This document shows, piece by piece, positions 56,637-64,000 of a stretch of 64,000 bases of DNA. Source of the DNA: Mayamaea pseudoterrestris (lineage: Eukaryota). Numbering within the stretch: the first letter of the stretch is position 1; every line of letters begins with the position of its first letter. The DNA is taken from contig BROI01000026.1 in assembly GCA_027923505.1 (NCBI GenBank), forward strand, positions 186,001-250,000, read 5' to 3'. The translations under genes and the position numbers were made by a program. The notes beneath the pieces are model-generated. The model was not told the DNA's origin. It saw only the letters and a program-made list of their open reading frames with translations, and searched no databases.

Positions 56637-58782
56637 CTAAAAACACGCTGAGCAGCAGCTGCATTCGACAACCGATGCGCAATCTGTTGAGAAAAACTGG
56701 AGGTATTCAGGGCTTGTTTCGCGGACGACGGATACAGGCGTGCAGATGGGTTCCGTCGATCCAGTAAATTGATTGCCATGCAGTGTCAAGAGGACTGATT
56801 GCCGAAACACAAAGAAGCGGGTGAGCGTTAAAGTTGCAACAAAGATTAGCAATCACACTACTACTACACGTACGCATGCTTGAAAGCTGGGCTAATCCGT
56901 TCGAAGGGAGCGCCCCGTAGAACTGATTGTCTTGCAGCTGCAGAACCATCAACTCGCGCAGGTCTCCAATATCGTCCGAAATGGTCCCCGTTAGCTGGTT
57001 TTCCTTCAAGTCAATGGCCTTGAGCGTTGTCATGGAGTAAAAGGCGTCTGGAAAGGAACCGGAGAGGGAATTATCATCTAATTCTATAATTGTCAGGCTA
57101 GTCAAGTTCATAATGGATGGAATAGTCCCAGAAATCTTCTTGTTGCGATCCAGCGACAGACTTGAAAGCAATGGCAAGGAAGTGAATAGCTCCGTGGGAA
57201 GGGTCCCTGCCAGATTATTATTTTTGAGAGTCAGCTTGGTGACTCGTTCGTTTGCGTTGCACGACACTCCATACCAGCTGCATTCACTAGCTCCAGACAG
57301 CCACCGAGCATTCGACGTCGCACCATCTTCACCAACGCATGCGCCAATGTCCGAGTTATCCTCCGAATCGGCTTGGCAATTTGTCCAATTGTGATCATTG
57401 AGAGCGAAATACACCACTGCCATTGTATATCGTTGCTCTAGTCGCGAATTGTCGGCGCAAAGCATTGCCTCGTCCTCGTCGTTAACCCAGGCGAACGCTT
57501 TGTATTGCGGACTAAACGGATTTGATAATTCGTCGTCGTCAGTGCTGGTAACTTTACTTGTTGAAGTCTCCAAGGCGTTCAAAAGTAGATTGGTGCGTCG
57601 CTTGGGCCAAACACCGCACTTGCTGTATATCCGATTGGCGCGCGTGCCATCAAAACCATTTTCAGCAATGGTCGGCGGCGCCGATGGCTCAAATGTTGCT
57701 CGCGACGGACTCCCATCGGCGTTGCTATTGCTCGATGATGGTGAAGAACGAGTAGTCGGTAAATTGCCACTCGTCAAAGAGGCTGGCGATCGAACGTAAC
57801 GAGTCGACGGACCTGACGTCGTCATGAAAGGAATACTTGGCGACGGATTTACTGATGCAAACGTCGGATTACTTGTAGCATCTGAATGTGGCGAGGAGGC
57901 GGGTGCATTCGCTGGCAATGACCCTCCAACAGGAGGAACCGTTTGAACAATAACAACTGTCGGGAATGACGCTGGAGACGGAAGCGATGCCCCAGCAGGC
58001 GCATGATAGCGAGTCGGCGTCATTTCGAATGCTTCTCCATTGTTGTGTGGCTGCCATTCGTTTTCTGGATTGGACCAATGCAGCAATGTTGGAGCCGTCG
58101 TTGTTTCACTAGCAGATGCAAAAGGATACTCCGTGGCAGATGTCTGGAAGGGAGTTGGAAAATCTTCATTTTGGTCTGTCGGATCGAGTGTGCTTGTTCC
58201 GCTTGACGTAGTATCGGTTTCACCGTCACCAGCATTATCATCGTCACGGGCAGCAACTTCGTTTTCGTCATCATTTGGACCTGACGCAGCAGCAGCAGCA
58301 TCGTCCGTCGTTTCTTCCTCGTCGTCATCTGTCTCGCTTACATCGTCGTCCAAGCTCTCGCTGTTTAATGATGGCTGTCGAGTAGACAATGTAGGAGCTG
58401 CGTCGTCGTCTCCAAAAGATGGAGGAGGTGTCATTGTCGTTGTCACGGAACCAGATGATGAATGGACAAGCGGCGCCACAGAATTCGACGAGGAAGCATG
58501 TTTGGATTGACTGTACAAAAACAACTTCATACGTCGACGTTCCATTTCAATAGACTCCATGTAATGATCAGTATGCTCATCCGCTGTAAATTGTCGAGTA
58601 TCCGTGACTGCTGGATGCGAAGAATCGTTTCCGGCAAGCGCGATATCCCGACTCGATTGCTCACGTGAATCCATTCCATTGCTTCCGAGAATCTTATCAG
58701 AATATTTCTCTGTATGTTTTCCAGCTACAGGTAGCAGCAGCAAGGCTGCCGCCAGCAGCGGGCGCATTCGAAGGAGCGTCAT
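56637..58782 (-). CDS. Secreted leucine-rich-repeat protein with mucin-like stalk, 2 exons (intron 56795-56873)
   Basis: Signal peptide, acidic/PST-rich region, SPQYKAFAW..ECSWYGVSC cap and LxLxxNxLxGxxP repeats. A GTACGT...CAG intron restores the C-terminus LLTLHGNQFTGS...DCASVVECSCCSACF*. Confidence 0.88.
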
Positions 58783-58967
58783 GGTCGTTGATATGGATTA
58801 TTTGCTTGTTGCTTCCTTCGCGGATTCGAGTCTCGGCACGGCTCGCGCGCAAGTTCGAAAATATTAGTCAGTTGACAGTTTCATTCAGTCCCGCTACGAT
58901 TCCAAAACGACGTTTCGAGCGAAACGGCCTCGATCGTCGTCCCATTCGTTCGCACCCAATTTTCACC

Positions 58968-60570
58968 ATGGCGCACGCTCGAAGCGGGAGCAGCAGATTG
59001 CCCTACCATGCAGTCGCTTCTGTGCTATTGCTGGCAGCATGCTTCATGACCGTTTCGTCACTGCTTCAGGCGCTCCAATTAGTGGAAACAACCAATCCAG
59101 TAGCTTCCGCGTTGCATCGGTTTCGGCGAACCCAAGCAACGACAACTGATCCGGCATTGATCATTCGTCGGGCCCTTGAACCTCCCACGCAACCGCAGGA
59201 GCTTCCGTCGTGGCCCGTGGAGGATCCAGTGCCAAATCCACCAAAGGCTGATGGTAATTCTACCTTCTCAGCCTGTCTGCTAGTGTGAGTTACTGAACGA
59301 GTTTCAGTTTCAGCCTTGTGTCACTGCGATCTCATAATTCATCCTCTCATTTGATATCAACAGAATGGACGACAATCATCGGTTAATGGAATGGATGGCG
59401 TATCATTACCACGTCTTGCCGCTACGCTACATGATTGTCGTGGTGGATCCGCGCAGCAAGACGAGTCCGAGCAGCATTTTCAACGAGTGGCGACGAAAGG
59501 GCGTTTACATTGAGGAGTGGACGGACCGAGACTTTTGGAGAAAGGAACTCAAACTGCTACCGATTCCGGATGACGCAGTCTTACAAATTAAGCGAGACCG
59601 ACATCGGGGACGTCAAAAGTACTTTTACCGAAAGTGCATGATCAATCTCAAGGAGAATAATCGCACATGGGTTGCTCTCAATGATTCGGATGAATACATT
59701 ATTTACAATCACAAGGGAGGAGATTCGTATGAGCAATGGAACAAGAAACGAACGGACCGATTTCTCAGCAATCCACACCATAAGATCAAGCAGCTTTTAG
59801 TACCGAGCAAAGTGCCGCCAACAACGGCACAGCAGGGTGGAATGATTGAGTATATTCGGCAAGAGCAAGCGGCAGGTATTTCCTATTATCAGTCGCCATG
59901 CATTGGTATTCCGCGTACAACGTTTGGAGCGGATGAGAGCTCTTTTGAAACGACAATAAAATACATCCCCGAGCGTCTCGCGAAGGACAGTCGAATAGCA
60001 CCAGCATCGCAACTCGACACTATTCGCTTCCGTAAACATGCCGGCCGCAACGACTTTGTCAAGAATGCGCTCGGCAAGGTCATTATGGACGTTTCGAGGA
60101 TTGACATGGCGGCCTCGCCAAAATTCATGTCGCTTCATCGACCAATTAAATCTATATGCGCCACACCTTGGCACAATGATTGGGACGTTGGCTTGCGGAT
60201 CAATCATTACCTTGGTTCGTGGGAGAGTTACACGATTCGCGACGACTGTCGCAAGGGCGGCGAGCGATCATGGGAACAGTGGGAGTACAAGGCAACGACG
60301 AATGGAGAGTATGAAGACGATATAATACAGCCTTGGCTAAAAGGTTTCGTCAAAGCCGAAGGAGAAGAGGAAGCGACCCGACTACTCGCCAAGGCGGGCT
60401 TACCGGAGGGATACAAGAACACGAACATTGACGCATGGAGGCTGCATCCAGACAAGCTTAATGCGATTCTCACAGAGCCCGAGGTTGTTTCTAACGACGG
60501 TAAGAGGGTCGCCTTTGATCGATGGGTGCGAAATAAGTATGGGACGCGAAGCGACTTGGCAAATGCATAG
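58968..60570 (+). CDS. Type II membrane glycosyltransferase (GT92/GT-A fold-like), 2 exons (intron 59285-59363)
   Basis: A GTGAGT...CAG intron joins FSACLLV|MDDNHRLMEWMAYHY; DSDE (DxD) motif, INHY and an N-terminal TM. Confidence 0.8.
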
Positions 60571-60630
60571 TATCAGTTGCTGGCGCTATGGCTATGGTTA
60601 TATACTTTTGCATAAACAAACAGTTAAGTA

Positions 60631-62853
60631 TCACAGCTCGTCTCTAGTCTCGTTCAGCAGTTGACTGCGAACAGTGTCGAGATTTAGGCTCAATTTTGGC
60701 TGATTCGTCTCGTCGCTGCCAGTTTCAGGTGCCTGCTTCGTCTTTGCTCGTTGTTGCTGGAAGATTGTTGGTCCATTTTCCTCTATTCGCTTAAGTTGAA
60801 GAACTTTTCGTTTTGGTGCCGTGGCCTGGTTGTCTGAGTCAACCGGCGGCGATGTAATCTTTATTGGATCCTGCACGATGTTTTCCATTAACTCAATACC
60901 CATAGAATCAGCGCCTCGCGAAAGGGGATTCTGACCTTCCGGTACCACATTACGAAACACTTCGATTGCTTGATTGAAATACAAAACACTTTCCTTGAAC
61001 TCTCCACTTGAAAATTTGACAATCGCCATATTGTACAGCAAATCAGCTAAGCTTTCATCCTCTTCCGCGGCATTCTTACGAAATAGAAAGAGTGCCTGAC
61101 TCATATGACTGGTAGCTTGATAAAGATCACCGTTCGACATGTATAAGTATCCAAGTGTCGAATGAATGGCGCTCACATACATTTCATTGGCGTCGACTGG
61201 AATTCCTTCGATTTCGCCATTGTATCCGGAGACTTCTTCAGGTAGGTCGACGCCGCCGTAGCTGAGCATTTTGTATTCTTCCAAAAGGTCTTCGTATTGC
61301 TCGATTGTGCCATCCGTTCCCGGAAACTTGTATGCTTCGCCAACGTTCTTCGACGGACTAATGCCATGTGCCGCATACCAATCCATGGCTTTGTGGTAGT
61401 ACATCGAGGCCTTTTCATATTCCGCTTGCTGCAAAAATGCTCGGGACAACCAAACCAGTAGATTCGCCATACTTTGATAAGCGTCTTGCAGGTCCACTGG
61501 CTGTAAATGCTGCTGAGATTCAAGTATTTCGTAATAGACGGTCAACGCTTGTTCGCCATCCTCCGTGCCGCCCGCAAGTTGGTGAAGCGCAATCTTATTT
61601 TCGCCCATGTGTTGCAGTGCAGACGCTAAATTGACCTGATACAAGACAATCTCCGCCGGATGAATATTCTTGTCGCGCGACTTGAACGACTCAAGGGAGG
61701 ACCGAAAGAACTCTGCACCTTGCTCAAAGTATTGCTGGCTCGCGTGAATACTATTCGTCATGTCTTTCATGCTAGCCGTATACCGTTTTGGAATCTCATT
61801 CTGTTGAACCTCGTCTGAAAGTTCCTCGACAAGAGCTTCCGCAGTGGACTGTTCGTATTCAAGCTGAATGTTTTGAGTGACGCTCATTTGCAGCACACCG
61901 AGTCGCACCAGCGACTGTCCCCAGTAGTAGGCTGCATCAAGCCCGTCAGTACTTGCATAACCGGAAAATGCGTCTTGTTGTTCATCATCTCCTAAATCAT
62001 TTACTTTGGCATCCTTGCAGAACCGAAAGAGTTCCATTGCCTCCATCATGTATTCCTTGGCACGTGACCGCTTGCTTTCGTCAAAGTATGCCACGAGGCT
62101 CCAAAGGTCGCTCATGTAAAAGTACAGGTGCGCCAAAAGGTTCGAGTGTAAAAGTTCAGACTGCACTTGCTGCACAGACTTTTCGTTGCGAGGAATGCTG
62201 GCGAGTTGCTTGCGGTGCACTTGGACGGCCTGCTCCAAGGCATTCATTGATTGATCCGTTAGCAAGTTCACTCGTTTCATGTCAAAAGTTGCAGATTGGC
62301 CACTCGTTTGTCGATACTCGTCACACTCTTCCATGTACTCCTGCAGTAGCGCCTGATGCGCAAGGCCAATGGTGATCAAGACTTGTGCATGATCCGTTGG
62401 GGTCACAGTTTGACGCACTTGCTTAGCGTTGAACTCGAGTCGAATGAGACTGGAAGAAATGTCGTAAGGATATTGTGCATATGGCTTGTTGTATCGAACG
62501 CGACCAATCGTAATGCCATTGACGTCGTGAGTGAAGGTGGATGAAGGTGGTGTCGCTGTCTGTTGTTCTTCGTGCCTCTTGTCGTTCCATCGAACATTTT
62601 CTGTCAGGAATACTTCTGCCTTCACGCATACAGACTCATCATTCACTGTCAGACAATCTTCTAGCTTTAGTTTCTTGTTGTGTTTGCTATTCATTTGCTC
62701 CGAATTGAGAGTGAAGCTGCAAGTGATGGATCCGTCCTCGGCGGATCGACAGTCGAATGACTCAATTCGTGTCATCTCGGATGCAGTGACACAAATTCGA
62801 GCCAGAGCAAGGAATAGACCTATTGAACCTCTTTTTATTTTCGTCGGCATCAT
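60631..62853 (-). CDS. ER-lumenal TPR-repeat protein
   Basis: Signal peptide, several TPR-like helical repeats (e.g. STLGYLYMSNGDLYQATSHMSQAL) and C-terminal RDEL. Confidence 0.8.
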   Translation of the reverse strand: MMPTKIKRGSIGLFLALARICVTASEMTRIESFDCRSAEDGSITCSFTLNSEQMNSKHNKKLKLEDCLTVNDESVCVKAEVFLTENVRWNDKRHEEQQTATPPSSTFTHDVNGITIGRVRYNKPYAQYPYDISSSLIRLEFNAKQVRQTVTPTDHAQVLITIGLAHQALLQEYMEECDEYRQTSGQSATFDMKRVNLLTDQSMNALEQAVQVHRKQLASIPRNEKSVQQVQSELLHSNLLAHLYFYMSDLWSLVAYFDESKRSRAKEYMMEAMELFRFCKDAKVNDLGDDEQQDAFSGYASTDGLDAAYYWGQSLVRLGVLQMSVTQNIQLEYEQSTAEALVEELSDEVQQNEIPKRYTASMKDMTNSIHASQQYFEQGAEFFRSSLESFKSRDKNIHPAEIVLYQVNLASALQHMGENKIALHQLAGGTEDGEQALTVYYEILESQQHLQPVDLQDAYQSMANLLVWLSRAFLQQAEYEKASMYYHKAMDWYAAHGISPSKNVGEAYKFPGTDGTIEQYEDLLEEYKMLSYGGVDLPEEVSGYNGEIEGIPVDANEMYVSAIHSTLGYLYMSNGDLYQATSHMSQALFLFRKNAAEEDESLADLLYNMAIVKFSSGEFKESVLYFNQAIEVFRNVVPEGQNPLSRGADSMGIELMENIVQDPIKITSPPVDSDNQATAPKRKVLQLKRIEENGPTIFQQQRAKTKQAPETGSDETNQPKLSLNLDTVRSQLLNETRDEL

Positions 62854-63097
62854 CTTGTGTCGTGTAGAACAAACAGAGCGCCAATCAAGAGTCTATATCG
62901 TTCATCTTTCGTGATAATTTGACGAGAGCAAACGCGATGAGCCACTTTGAGTACCGGTACATCCTCGCACCGGTATTCGTTGGATACTGCTTCGCGCTTC
63001 GCAGATTTCGACCATGGCAGAACCGCAGAGATTTGGGGCAGCGGAGCAACTCATGTCATGGATTGCTTTTGCAGTTTGTGATTGAGACACTCGAAAA

Positions 63098-64000
63098 ATG
63101 GATGATGATGACATTGCCGAGCTTTGGGGAGAGGAGGTGAGAAGATTGGCTTGCTAGCAACACTTGAACCTTTAGTGGAAGAGAGTCATGCGCCGAAATG
63201 CATGTTCAATCCTTCTCATCTTGAGGCAATTTGTTTCATATCGTATCATCTTCCTCACGCTTTTAAACTTGTTCAGCCCGACTGGGTTCGCGAATTTAAA
63301 GCGACTTCCGAGGATGACGATGAAGCAACCGGAGAGGATGAGGATGCGGACGAATTAGCTCCGGCCCAGCACGTCATGGTGCTCATTGACTGCGCTCCAT
63401 CCATGTTTCAAGACTTGAATGCAACGAATGATGCCGACAATGCTCAAACTGATTTTGACTCCACAAGGACTAGTATGACTGCCATGGACTGGAGCCTCCA
63501 GGCGTTCAAGCAACTTTATCGCGACGCCATGAAGTCGGCAGTCATTCACAAAGCCGGCAAGCGGAATGGAATTGGCGCTCTTTTGTACAATACTCGCGCC
63601 AGAGAGCCTCTCGTCATGGATCAAGTCAAAAAGAAGCTACTTGTAAAGGAAGAAAAGGCAGAGCATGATGAAAGTGACGACACGGACGACGATGACTATG
63701 ACAGCTCCATTTCAAGGATTGATACAGTGCATGAACTCGTACCACTAGACATTCCAAACACGCCCATGCTCCAGCGAGTCTTGGCTACATTGCCGGATCA
63801 AATCACCCATGAACGTCGAATCGATATAGCGGCAGAATTTGGACATGTCACGAGCGACCATGTCGATGATGACGATGACTGCAAGTATGACTCTCATGTG
63901 CAGCTGCCCATTTATCGAGGCCTCGAACAAGCCAAAAAAATTCTTGATGCGGCCAAATGCGTTCGACACAAGCCGAACAAGGTCAAGGGCAAAATGACTA
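63098..64000 (+). CDS. KU70: Ku70 N-terminal vWA domain (exon 63098-63136, intron 63137-63276); continues beyond the right edge
   Basis: Not in the ORF track. Manual translation: MDDDDIAELWGEE|PDWVREF...HVMVLIDCAPSMF...RNGIGALLYNT...VHELVPLDIP, open to 64000 and resembling the Ku70 vWA domain. Confidence 0.75.

Overview
Gene-dense eukaryotic nuclear DNA with few, short GT-AG introns and bipartite plastid-targeting N-termini (ARAFT, ADAFT). It is most consistent with a pennate diatom; this is inferred from gene style and not verified. About 24 protein genes are recognisable. They include SWR1/SRCAP and Ku70 N-termini running off the window edges (both missing from the ORF track), a Sar1-like GTPase, UFD2, Pin1, NAD kinase, an inositol transporter, an M3 peptidase and an ER-retained SET-domain protein. 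There is one intact solitary 5S rRNA gene. The most unusual content is non-coding: three apparently related, nucleosome-length satellite families (169 bp, 348 bp = 2 x ~174 bp, 176 bp). They form a 2.4-kb array at 6.4-8.8 kb and a ~14-kb composite block at 39.8-53.9 kb. Their monomers carry a long inverted repeat. In the 169 and 348 families the arms show compensatory base changes, and several deletions end at the dyad axis. The block ends in two tandem satellite-5S chimeras. Also present are a 42-bp minisatellite of phased TGACGT sites in a bidirectional promoter, a bestrophin-like pseudogene fragment, and two CpG-depleted ~1.6-kb inserts bounded by short direct repeats.
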